Origin: Balamuthia mandrillaris
Lineage: Eukaryota
Direction of reading: 5' to 3'
Length of the DNA stretch: 64,000 bases
NCBI GenBank assembly: GCA_031835245.2
Contig: JAVKOQ020000050.1
Span: 186,001 to 250,000 of the forward strand
The translations under genes and the position numbers were made by a program. Positions 10,696 to 22,050 of this stretch are shown here, one piece after another. Position 1 is the first letter of the stretch. Every line of letters starts with the position of its first letter. The notes under the pieces were generated by a model. That model ran no database searches, was not told where the DNA came from, and saw only the letters and a program-made list of their open reading frames with translations.

Positions 10696-11202
10696 ATGAA
10701 GCGCTTTCTCCAGTCCTATCGTTCTTCTCGAGCGGCAGCCGCTCAACATCAGCACCAACAGCACACACGCTCCTCGCTCTTGGGCTTGTTTGCCTCGGCT
10801 TGTCCCGCTGCTCCAAAACTGACAACGGCGCAACGCAGGGAACACTCTTCGTGGCAACCCCCGCAACAGGAGGTCTTTTATGACTTTGACTATGCCGATG
10901 AGGACCCGCAAAGGGCCGGCATGGGCCGAGGCTACGGAGACCCTCCACCCAAACTGCATCCCTCCCGCCAGAACAAAGAGCTCCTGGAAGAGGAAGTGGC
11001 TTGGGTGAGAGGAGAAGACCAGGGAGCGCACGTGAGCGTGACCGGCCAGAGCAGAACGATGATGATGGACGATGGAGATACGGATGAAGTGGCTAGGGAG
11101 AGGCATAGGCAGGAGGACATCGCCAGGGCCAACGAGCTCAAAGCAACCATTGGAAGTCATCCCGAGGAGGAAGATAGCGATGAAATGGAAGATCGAGCTT
11201 AG
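10696..11202 (+). CDS. Hypothetical protein with a possible mitochondrial targeting peptide
   Basis: 168-aa intronless ORF with coding-like composition; Arg/Ser/Ala-rich N-terminus lacking acidic residues (MKRFLQSYRSSRAAAA), acidic C-terminal half. Confidence 0.6.
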   Translation: MKRFLQSYRSSRAAAAQHQHQQHTRSSLLGLFASACPAAPKLTTAQRREHSSWQPPQQEVFYDFDYADEDPQRAGMGRGYGDPPPKLHPSRQNKELLEEEVAWVRGEDQGAHVSVTGQSRTMMMDDGDTDEVARERHRQEDIARANELKATIGSHPEEEDSDEMEDRA

Positions 11203-11436
11203 AGAGAAGAGAGTGTGAGAGGGTGGAGAGAGATAGAAATGGGGGACGAAGGAGCAGGAGGGGTGGGAGAGAGGAGAAGAAGTATACTTGTAAAAACATA
11301 TAACTATTTTTGAGATGAATGTAAATAGTTGAGCTGTTAGACAAAACAGAAGAAAGTTACGGAGAAAGAAATGAAATTATAGAATACAAAGAAATAATGA
11401 AAAAAGAGAATGGGCTTACTGTTTGCAGCGACAAGA

Positions 11437-11850
11437 TCACAAGTTAGCCTTTGCTGCTTGTGCGAATGGGTCATAAGAATCCCCCCATAGCGAAGCGCCT
11501 CCATCCACCAGAAAAGTCTACATGGAACTGTTAGCGCTAATGTACGTGCTTCTCTCGCTGATTGTTGAGAACAAATAGTACCTGTCCCGTAATAAAAGAC
11601 GCCAACGGACTTGCCAAAAAGGTAACCAAGTGAGTGACCTCATCGGGAGTGCCCACTCGTTTCAATGGGGAACTGGCCGCCGCCGCCTCGATGAACTCCT
11701 TGGGATAGCGCTGCGTGCCACTGCTACGAATGACGCCCGGAGCCACAGCATTCACGTGAATGGAGTAAGGACTCCACTCCACTGCCAATGTCTTTGTCAT
11801 GTTCTTCATTTATGGCATTTAAGTAGAGTTGAGCAAAACAGAGAAGGAGC

Positions 11851-11883
<33 letters not shown>

Positions 11884-13076
11884 CGAACCTCAACACCAGC
11901 TCTGGCGGCTCCTGTGTGCACCATTCCAGGAAAGCCTCGTGTGACGACAGCGGTGATGTTGACGATCTTTCCTTTCCGTTGTGGTATCATGCAAAGTGTT
12001 GCCACTGCATGCGTTACGTTCCTTGTGCATTGAAAAGAAAGAAAGTGTTACTACTGAAATGTAGAAACGAGAGGAGAAAAAGAATGTACCATGTGCCTAT
12101 CAAATTGTTTCGAATGACTGCCGTGAAACTGGAGAGGAGAGAGGATGAGCAGAACGAAAAAGAGAAGCTGAGAAGTGTAAAAGAGGCAAGTAGAAAACCC
12201 TTTCGATGTCAAAAAAGAGGCATTAATGGGAAACTGCCTTTTGAGCGCAGAAAACAAACGTCAGTCTGAGAGAAAGAGAGGGCGTGGAGAGAGGGGAGAA
12301 GAGGGAGCAGAGAGGAGAGAGCAGAGAGCAGAGAGCAGAGAGGAGAGAGCAGAGAGCAGAGAGCAGAGAGCAGAGAGCAGAGAGGAGAGAGCAGAGAGCA
12401 GAGAGCAGAGAGCAGAGAGCAGAGACAGAGAGGAGAGAGCAGAGAGCAGAGAGCAGAGAGCAGACAGAGAGGAGAGAGCAGAGAGCAGAGAGCAGAGAGC
12501 AGAGAGCAGAGAGCAGAGAGCAGAGAGCAGAGAGCAGAGAGCAGAGAGCAGAGAGCAGAGAGCAGAGAGCAGAGAGCAGAGAGCAGCAGAGGGAGGTGAG
12601 AGTAGTGAAGCAAAGAGCAGAGAAGCAGAGAGCAAACCCGCCAGCACAGTTAATGAGTATGGAAACAGGACCCAAGTTCTCAACGACCATCTCCACGAAC
12701 CGCTTCACCGTCTCATATTCGCGAATGTCGCACGCTGCATAAACCACCGAAGCGCCGGCGACCTCCTTCCGAAGCTCCTCCGCCGTTTCCTTGAGGACGT
12801 TCTCCCTCCGCCCACAGATGGCCACCTTGGCCCCCAGAGAGACGAGCTCGTGAGCTATGGTCTTGCCAATGCCAGTACCGCCTTTGTAGTCGCAATCGCA
12901 GAAGAGAAACAAAAAAAAGTGACGAGAAAAAAAGATCAGGCAAACCAAAAACAAAAAGAAAGGACAGGCGCAGATGTACCTCCAGTGACAATGGCTACTT
13001 CTCCTTTGAGCAGGTCATCCACAAAGGCCTTTGAAAGCGAAAGAGGACCGATTTGTTGGGTTGCTTTGTCGTTCAT
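11437..13076 (-). CDS. PECR: Peroxisomal trans-2-enoyl-CoA reductase-like SDR, multi-exon
   Basis: VAIVTG/GGTGIG Rossmann motif, NCAGGQF, HTGAARAGVENMTKTLAVEW, VNAVAPG, FITGQ/TFLVDGG; ends ...AKANL (PTS1-like). Confidence 0.85.
12305..12586 (-). repeat. Intronic heptamer minisatellite (TCTCTGC)n
   Basis: GCAGAGA repeats on the + strand, inside a PECR intron. Confidence 0.95.
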
Positions 13077-13676
13077 CTCTTTACTTTTTTTTTGGACACT
13101 TCTCAATCAAAAAAATAAAATTAAAATAATCTGTTTAGATACGGAGTCGAACCGGTGATCCTCCCCAAATGGTGCACAAAACGTGCAGGTTAGTTGCACG
13201 TCCACCCTTGCTGATTTGGGTGCTAGCAATAGAGAGAAAATTCTGTCCAAACCTATCCCAGCAATTTTTACAGGGTGGCCTTGTTGTGGATCCGTGGGCA
13301 TAGATCTTCGGCCGGACAGGCCCCACCAATTCGCAAAGAGCAGGTGTCCGTTTGGCGAACTGTTGTTGTTTCCGCTTTGAGCCCCTTTTTTTTTTTGGTT
13401 GCAACATATATTGCGGAGAGGTTCGGGGGGGGGAGGAGAGGAGAGGGAAAGGAGCCCCAACGAAAGAGAGGAACCCCAACGGTTTCTACTACTGCTACTC
13501 TGTATTTTTTTGTATTTCCTGCCAGACCTCTCCCTTCACAAGCAGCCTGTTTTTGCTTTTGTTCTTTAGGATCGCTCTTCCGAGGAAGCTTTTGGGACAC
13601 CCTTTGCATAGCCGACAGAGAAGCAGGAGCCGACGCGAAGTAACCACGGAAGAGGACGTCAGATGCGTTGTTCCAG

Positions 13677-16600
13677 ATGGCAAACAAAACGATTACGGTG
13701 AGGATTCGTTTGGTTGAAGCTCAGCTGTTCAAGAAGTTTAACTTCCCCAGACGGCTACGAGGTACGGTGTCCTTTCTTTTTCTGTATCACTCGGTTGTCT
13801 TCCTAACAATTCTTTGAATGTTTCTTCTTTCTTCTCAAGTTGCGGAAGCTATAAGAGCTATAGCAAAAGCAACACAAGTGAATGAAGTGGACGACTACGG
13901 TTTGTTCCTGCCCCCAAAGGATAAAGATCCTGGAAAATGGATGAATCCTGAGCACTCTCTCGACTCGTACGACCTCATTGACATCAACCAACCAAGACAG
14001 CATGAGATGTTAGCATTTACACCGTTTATGAACGACAGCAATCGCGACGAACGAAGCCAGGTGCGTCATTGTTTCTTTCCCTCTTGCTCTTGCTCTTCCT
14101 CTTCCCCTTGCTTTGTAACCCACGTTTTCCATCAGGGCACCTACAAAGAGTACATAGAGTTCAAGAAGAAGAGCAGGGCATTGAAAGTAAGTCTTTTGGA
14201 CGGCGCCTTCACCGGCATCATTGCCGACGACACCAAAACTGTGGGCGAGCTATGCACCTCCGTACTAGCTCGAATAGGGCCGGAAAACGCCGTGGACCTT
14301 GAAAAGCTCAAAGGAGAAAGGGGAGAAGACAACTGTACCCACGCTTTCTCTTTGTTTCCTCCATTCCGTTCTCTGACACACACACATACATAAAACCACA
14401 GTGGATGTGCTGAATCCGTTGTTGTCGCTGAGAGAGCAGGGCTACACCGGCGACTGCCGTGTGGGTCTCTACAAGGAGAGCGTTGAGGAGAGAGGAGGCT
14501 TCTGTCGCACTCGTTACGGCCTTTACATCCAAGTACGCTCCTTTCCCTTTTGCCGTTATGTTTTTGCTCACGTATGCCTTTCAAACCAAAAGCTGCCATA
14601 CTTTGAGGGCTATCTGTGGCGAAAGCGCGGGGAGGGCGGCGGTCGCTCCCGCGGGCTGGTCGGCGGGGTGGGCGGCAAATGGAACAAGCAATGGTACGTG
14701 CTGAAGAAGAACAAGCTGCACTACTTCAACCAGCAGGGCCAAAAGCGGGAGAAGGGCAACCTCCCCATGAAGACGGTGCTCTCGGTGGAGCGCGTCACGG
14801 CGCAGACGGCCCAACGCCACCAGATCCACCCCGACAAGTACCAGCGGGGCGCCCTCTTTGCGCTCTACACCCCCGACCGCACGTTCTTCTTCCTGGCGGA
14901 GGATGCCTACGCCATGGAGAAGTGGGTGGCGCGGTTGGAGGAGGCCCGGCGGATGTTTGGCCAGAAGGCCATTGTCTACCTCCCCGCCATACCGGAGGAG
15001 AAGAAGACGTGGGGGCAGTTGGTGGAGACTAGAGACAGAAGAAGTTCGAGTAAGTCTTTTCACGTTCTTCTGTTGTGGCTTTATTTCCTTCGATCTTTAT
15101 CCTTCATTCTTGTTCTTGTTCTAGTTCTCGTTCTTTTTCTTCTTGTTCTTCTTCTTCTTTTTCTTCTTCTTGTTCTTCTTCTTCTTCTTCTTGTTCTTCT
15201 TCTTCTTCTTCTTCTTCTTCTTCTTCTTCTTGTTCTTGTTCTTGTTCTTGTTCTTGTTCTTGTTCTTGTTCTTGTTCTTGTTCTTCTTCTTCTTCTTCTT
15301 CTTCTTCTTCTTGTTCTTCTTGTTCTTGTTCTTCTTCTTCTTCTTCTTCTTCTTCTTCTTCTTCTTGTTCTTCTTCTTCTTTCATTACATTATTTTTTTC
15401 TAACTCTCAATAACTCATGCAGGTTGGATAGAAGGAAGAGCGTTGAGGTTTTGTGCTACAGAAGGAGCTCCGAACTCTCCACGACCGCCGTTGGACATCA
15501 GGGCTGGAGGTAGCACCAACGAACAACAGGAAAGCAGTGAGAAAGGTGGGCAAGGCCATGCAAGCCAAGTGGTTGTGGAACAGGAGGAAGATCAAGAGGT
15601 GGTGGTCGTGCGTGGAAAGTCTTCCTCCTCTTCAACAACACTTCGTCCTTCTTCCTCCTCTTCCTCTTCCGCCTCGTTATCTCCAAAGACGTTCACAGCT
15701 GCAACATCGTCGGTCGCTGCCTCAACAACAAAGACAGCTCAAAATGTATGGGAAGAAGAGCAAGAAGAGAGCTTCACCTCCGGAGGCGGTGCCGATGATG
15801 ACGACTTCACCTCCACGGACTACGATGTGGTGGGCATGGTCGTCAGCGAGAGCGAAGGAGAGGATGACTCCATGTCCCTCTCCCTCTCTTCCTCTTCTTC
15901 TGCCACCTCCACCACCAAACAACAACAAAAACAACAACAAACAAGGGTCTTGTTGTCCCCAAAGAAGCTACCAGGAGAGGTGGACGAAGAAGCGATAACG
16001 GAGGAAGGAGGCATCACGTTTAGGGCTTCGGATGAAGAAGAGGATGAAGATGGTAACAGGGAAGTGGACGAAGTGGACTTTGTGGATTACTATAGCAACA
16101 GCAACGAGGCCATAGCAGAGGAAGAACCAAAGTCGCGCACTGGAAGCATTCCACAAATCATTCGCCCTTTCGCCAGACAAGAAGAGAACGAACGGACTGA
16201 AGAAGGCCAACCAAGCAAGAAAAAGAAGGAGACCGCAAAGAAGAAGAAGAAAAAGAGAAGCAAATCAACAACAGATGAGGAGGGCAACACGGAAAACAGC
16301 AAGAGCAGCAAAAAGAAGAACGCGCAAAAGGAATACCGCGAGGAGAGAGCCAGTCAAGCAGAGAGTGCTAGCGGCAAAACGTCGCCTTCACCACACGACT
16401 CTTTGGTCATAAAACAACGCAGAAAGAGCAAAACAGTCACCGTCACCGACACAGAGAGGTTCTTCCATCTCCTCTCCCTTCTCTCTGTTTCTATCTTCTT
16501 TAGATTGGAATGCTTATCTTTACACATGTTTATGTTCGTCATAGCAAAACTGCAGATCGTTTTGTGCGGGGACAAAAAATTGGGATGCGCCAAGCCGAAG

Positions 16601-19600
16601 GCATGTTAATTGCCAAACCAAGAGCTCGTCTAGGCTCTGCTCGTGGGCAGATGACATCTCCCTCGGCCAGCTCGTTGGCTTCTCTTTCTACGTCTGCACC
16701 ATCGCTTCCAACCTCTTTATCGTCTCCTTCATTGACTTCTGGCTCTTCACCTTCTTCGTCTCCTTCATCGCCATCTACTACTTCAATTTCTCCATCTTCT
16801 TCTCGTCTTGTTGAAAAGAGTAATTTCTAACTCCTTTCTCGTTTGTCTCTTTCTTTTCTTTCTTGCTTCTCCTCTCCCTTGTTCCTTCCGTCTTATTTTA
16901 TTTTTTATTTTTTGGAGCTTTCTAACAAGTTCGAATATACCTAGATGAAGGAGTGGCTTTGTCACTAACTGCGAAGAAGAATGTGACCTCATTGAAGAAA
17001 ACAGGCGTCGTTGGCAAACCTATCAAACGACGCTCTCTTGCCACATCGCCTCGGCTTTCTCCTTCTCCCTCTCTTTCTTCTTCTCCCCCTCTTTCTTCTC
17101 ATTCTTCTTCTTCTCCTTCTTCTTGTTCTTCTTCTTGTTCTTCTTCTTCTTCTTCTTCTTCTTCTTCTTCTTCTTCTGCTTCTTCTTCTTCTCTCGCAAA
17201 GATCGACAATTGTGAAGACGAACTTGATCCATTGCTGCACATACAACAAAGAGGAGATCTGGACAGGGCCACAAACGACGCAACCCTGCACGTCACGCAA
17301 AGCGGCGAACAATCTCCTTCTATGGAAAATACCGACTTTAAAGAACATGCAAAGGCAGGACAAGAGCAACACACGCCAAAGGAAGAAGAGAAGGGGCATA
17401 ATGGACCAGAAATGGCGAGCTTGACAGAAGAACAAACTCACCAAACAGAAGAGAATGCAAAGCACAACGTGCAAATGGAAGAACTTCAACAATCGGAGCA
17501 TAAAGCAATAGAGAATGCAGTTGTGTTGGAGGAAGAGAAAGAAGAAGACGATACTCTGTTGCTTAAAACGTTTCTGGAGGGTCATCCATGTCTTAACGTT
17601 CGCTCCCGAAAGGTTTCGCCATGGAAAATATTTGAGGTTTTTTCCTCCTCCTCTTTACTTCTCTGTGAAAACCCTTTATCTCTCTTGTTTTCTTCTTCTT
17701 TAGCCTTGCTTTTTTGCTCTGATTGTTAGAATGACCATTTGTCCCACCTTTATTTTTAGCACTTAATGCTGAAAGTGGTGAATCCAGAACACTTTCCAGA
17801 AGTGGTGACATTAGCAACGGAGACAACAGCAGGACAACATAATAGCACAAAACTTTCGACCATGGAACGGCTCTCTCCACGGGACATTTTATTGCAGTGG
17901 TTTCAACTGCATATGACAAAGCTGCAAAGCACAACCCCGAACGGACTAGAAGAAGAGATAACAACTCTCAACAGCCTCAAAGAGATTCGTCCGAAACATT
18001 TGTTGGCACTTTTGAAAGCTTTGTTGCCCAGGTTCTACTTTGACGAGGAGAAGACTGCTGCCATTCGTAACCACGAAAAGGAAAATGACGAACTGATCTC
18101 AGCACGGTTCCTTCTCGATGAGCTGAAACGCATTTTTGGAGTCACTGTCGTCTCTGCCAACCAACTGGCAGCAAGAAGCGAAAGCTCAATCGTGGTTTTG
18201 GTTTGCGTTCTCTTCACTGTGAGCACGAATCTTTGTCCGTCGTTGTCATCTTCGAAGGAAGATGAAGGAAAGAACGGAGAAGAAGGACAAGCAAATGAAC
18301 CGCGAACGATTACCGAAAATGCATTGCAAACGTTACTTTCGGTCGAAACATTGCATGCAATGGCAGCCAGCAGAGAAAAAGAAGAGCAACGCTTTTTGCT
18401 TGAAATGTCATCTTCTGCTACCGGAGGAGAATATCTGACGATGTTGATGAAATGGACCAACTTTCTCCTTCAAAGAAACAGCAATGCCAATGCAAAGCAC
18501 AAGATGGAAGCAGAAGAGAAGGTGAAGGAGGAAGGAAGAGGAAGGAATGAAATACGAAATCTAAGTTTTGATCTGATGGACTGTTCTTGTTACGTTCGAT
18601 TGTTGCACGAACTTTATCCCCACCGTTGCTCTGAGTATTTGTTGGACGGAACTTACACCCCAGCTATTCGAGCCATGAAGGTCATTCAGATGACGCAGAG
18701 ACTTGGTCTGTGGGATTCCATGTTCATGAATGGTTTTGTAACGGTACTGTTTTTGTCACCCAATCCTTTTCTTCTCTTTTCTGCTACACTTGTCTCTACT
18801 CTGCTCTATATTTATTTTTTCAATGTCTCTGAAGTTATTTTGCTTAACATACTCTCCTTTTGTAGGTCGAAAAGTTGATAAGAGGAGACATCTACGCCAA
18901 TACGCTTCTGTTACTGTGCCTAGTAACTTCTCCTCGCGAGCACAAGAACAAGCCCTCCCTCTCCCACATTTCTTCTTCCTCATCTTCTTCTGTATTCTCA
19001 GAAGAAAACAAACTCACTCCAAACGAAGAAGAGCGAAGTGATGTAGAGGTGATGAACAATCCTCAGCAACAACAATCATCACCACAAAAAGAAGACGATG
19101 GATCACCATCAGTCTCACCATCACCACGGTGGGAAGAAGTAGAATCGGCTCTTTTCGCTTTGATCAACGAAGCTCATCCCGAACTGCGTTACCTCTTGTT
19201 TGATGGAGAAGATACTAAACGCGTTCCCACAGCTGACCTCCTCATCGCATGGGTCAATTTCATCCTCCGAAAAGCGAACCACAATTACCAACAAAACAAC
19301 AGCAACCTCAACGCAAGAGGAAGGGGAGAAAGTAATGCATCAGGGACGATGACGATGAGAAAGCCGAGGAACAATACTTTATCCTCATTGACATCATTGC
19401 CAACAATGATGACTGAAAGGACTAAAGAAGGAGAAGAAAAAGAGCGCTCTGGGGAAGCAGGGAAAACGGAAAGGAAAGAAGAAGAACAACCAAAATGGAA
19501 ACCGATCACAAACTTGGATGATGATCTTCGTGATGGAAGAGTTTACTTGAGCTTGCTTCAGCAACTCCACAGCGAACTCGTAGATGCAGAAGACTTGGGA

Positions 19601-21906
19601 CTTCCATCGAAAAAGAACAAAAAACACGAAGATGGCAAAGAGAGAGCAACGGAAGTGCTCCGTCTCGCCGACGAGCTCTTCCAAAAGACGTCATTGAGTT
19701 CTGAGAAGAAAGAGTCTACTGTTCTTCAGAACTTTTACCGTTGCACGTTTTCTCAACAAGTGAACGACGAAGGGCATGACGTTTCATTTATTACGGACGG
19801 CGATTGGGACCTCAATTTGTCTTTTCTGGGTTGCATCTTCGAATTCAGATATCATTCTTCTTCATCTCCTCCTCCTTCTTCCGCTTCAGCGGCAACTGCC
19901 TCTTCATCTCCTCCAACCCTTTGTGACAGCATCTACACTCTCGTCATCTCCCGAAGACAGCTCATGAGCAACTACATCTCCGCCATCATTCTCAACGCTC
20001 CCTCTTCTTCTTCGACGTCTTCTGCCTCCACCCCGCTCTCTCGCATCCGTTCTCGTCTGCCGACTCGCCCCGAGACGTTGCTGCGAGAGTGCAGCGACGG
20101 CGTGTTGCTGTGCTATCTGCTGAACCGAGTGTTTTTCGGTCGGGACGACCCGATCATTGATCCGAGGGTAATAGATTATAAACCTCGTAGCCTCGCTGGA
20201 ATCCGTGGAAATCTCAACCTATGCGTCAACGCCATGAAGACCATTTCTGGACATGGATTCTCCGACAGGCCCAACCTCGTAGATGACCTTTTGCTTCAGC
20301 AACATCATCAACCTCATAGCTTGCTAGAAGCATGGGAGAATTTCCTTTGGTTCGTTGGCACGACCTGCATTCTGTCGGTGGTCTCGCCGGTGAAGCACCC
20401 TGGTCTGTTTGTGGTGCTGCGCGAAGAGGACTCGGAGGACTTTGCCTCGTTGTTAACTTTCTTGCCGCATGAGCTCCTGTTGAGATGGATCAACTATCAT
20501 TTGGAAGAGGCCGAAGAGGAGCAAATCAACAATCTCTCTTCTGACCTTGCTGATTGTGAAAAGGTTTATCTCTTTCACTTACTTTTTGTTCTTCAGTTAA
20601 TTGCCTTGTTCTTCTTCTTCTTCTTCCTCCTCCTCCTCTTCTTCTTGCCCTCTTCAGCTGACACTCTTTGTCGCGAACAAACAGTACTTGATCTTGATGG
20701 GAGAATTAGACCCCAAACTGGACCTAATGGAAGCATTAGAGGAACCTGACCTTCTCAAACGAGCTGAATTCGTGGTGTCAATGGCCTATTCTCGCCTCGG
20801 CAGCCCAGTACTGCTCTCACCACGAGATATACTCGGTGCCAATCCAACACTCAACCTCCTCTTCTTGGCGGGGCTGTTCACTGCCAGAACTGGCCTTTGC
20901 GACAAGGATGAAATCAAGGAAGAGCTTGAAGAACAATGCGGCGTGGACTCGACTGTGTTGGAAGCCATGGCAGAAGAGGTTCGAGAGGAACGCGCGTTGT
21001 GCATCTGGGTGAACAGCTTGTTGAACACCGGGGTGAGGAACCTCTTTCGTGCTTTTCGTGACGGCAAGCTCTTTCTTCGATTATTGGACAAAGTCATATC
21101 TTCTGCTTCGTCCTATCCTTCATCTCAACAGCAAGGGGAAGGCGATGGAGAGCAAAAGGAAGAAAGAACTACTAGTTTGGTGGATGCAAAGTTGTTGGCT
21201 TCGCAGCCGTTAACAGTCTTTCAGAAAGTGGAAGTCTGCAATCACGTGGTCGATGTAGCCACAAAGTTGGGGATGAGGGTGGTTGGCTTTGATGGAAAGG
21301 ACATTGTCGATGGCAAAAGGCGATTCCTTTTGGCGTTGGCTCATCAGATATGGCGTTACTGGGTGCTTCTTCGTTTCCAACAGCAGACGGACGTCTTCCT
21401 GGTGAAGCAGAGCAAGAAACAGGAGGAAGAACAGGCCTCAGAAGACAAGAAGAAGAACAAGACGGCACCAACGACGGCAGTAGAAATTGGAGAGATGGAC
21501 ATCGTCAAGTGGGTTAATGCGCAAGTTCAACTGAATAACGGCAATGCGGCAGTTACCACTATTCGAAGTTTGGAGGACAGAAAGTTAAGCAAAGGAACCT
21601 TCATATTGGATCTGCTGCGTGCGTTGCACCCTAAAGTGCGCGTGGATCCTGCTTTAGTGTTTCCTGGCGTTTCTAGTTCGTATATCTTTCTTGTTGCTAC
21701 CTGACTTCCTTCTTCTTACCACCGGAAAAATAGAAAAAGAGAGAGTATACAATGCACGGTATGCCATTAGCTTGGCGTGGAAGGCCGGTCTATCGGTGCA
21801 CGTCAGCAAAGACAGCATCCTCAAAGTGCGACCGGGTGCCTTGCTCTCCTTTCTTAACAGTCTTTTAGAGTCTGGCCATGTCACAACCACTTCTTCTCAT
21901 CTTTGA
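13677..21906 (+). CDS. Large cytoskeletal protein: talin-like F0/F1 N-terminus, PH domain, long acidic/Ser-rich linker, about 7 calponin-homology domains ending in a fimbrin/plastin core
   Basis: DYGLFLPPKDKDPGKWMNPEHSLDSY...IEFKKKSRALKVSLLDG...DDTKTVGELC..RIG (talin head); EGYLWRK..WNKQWYVLK..LHYF..RTFFFLAE...WV (PH); REERALCIWVNSL, FQKVEVCN, GKDIVDG, IVKWVN and NARYAISLAWKAG (fimbrin CH3/CH4). Confidence 0.75.
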
Positions 21907-22050
21907 ACGACAGAGAAAAGTGAGAGAGAAGAGGGACGAACCACATTTTTGTTGTACAGAACTACTTTTTCTTTTAAAAAAAATGAATCTTTTAAAACAA
22001 GAGCAGAAAAAAAGGAGGAGTTGTTTTAAAAACGAACGTTAGACTTGTTG

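Noticed and set aside
12209..13158. ORFs with LSALCSL / AESREQR repeats
   Set aside because: Translations of an intronic heptamer minisatellite in the PECR gene
13141..13400. Possible snRNA (hairpin plus AATTTTT Sm-like site)
   Set aside because: The Sm site is imperfect (AATTTTTAC) and no U-snRNA conserved sequence is recognisable; more simply a divergent promoter
15075..15413. Poly-Leu/Phe/Ser/Glu ORFs (also at 47.1-47.9 kb and 51.5-52.0 kb)
   Set aside because: Stop-free (CTT/CTTGTT)n microsatellites inside GT-AG introns
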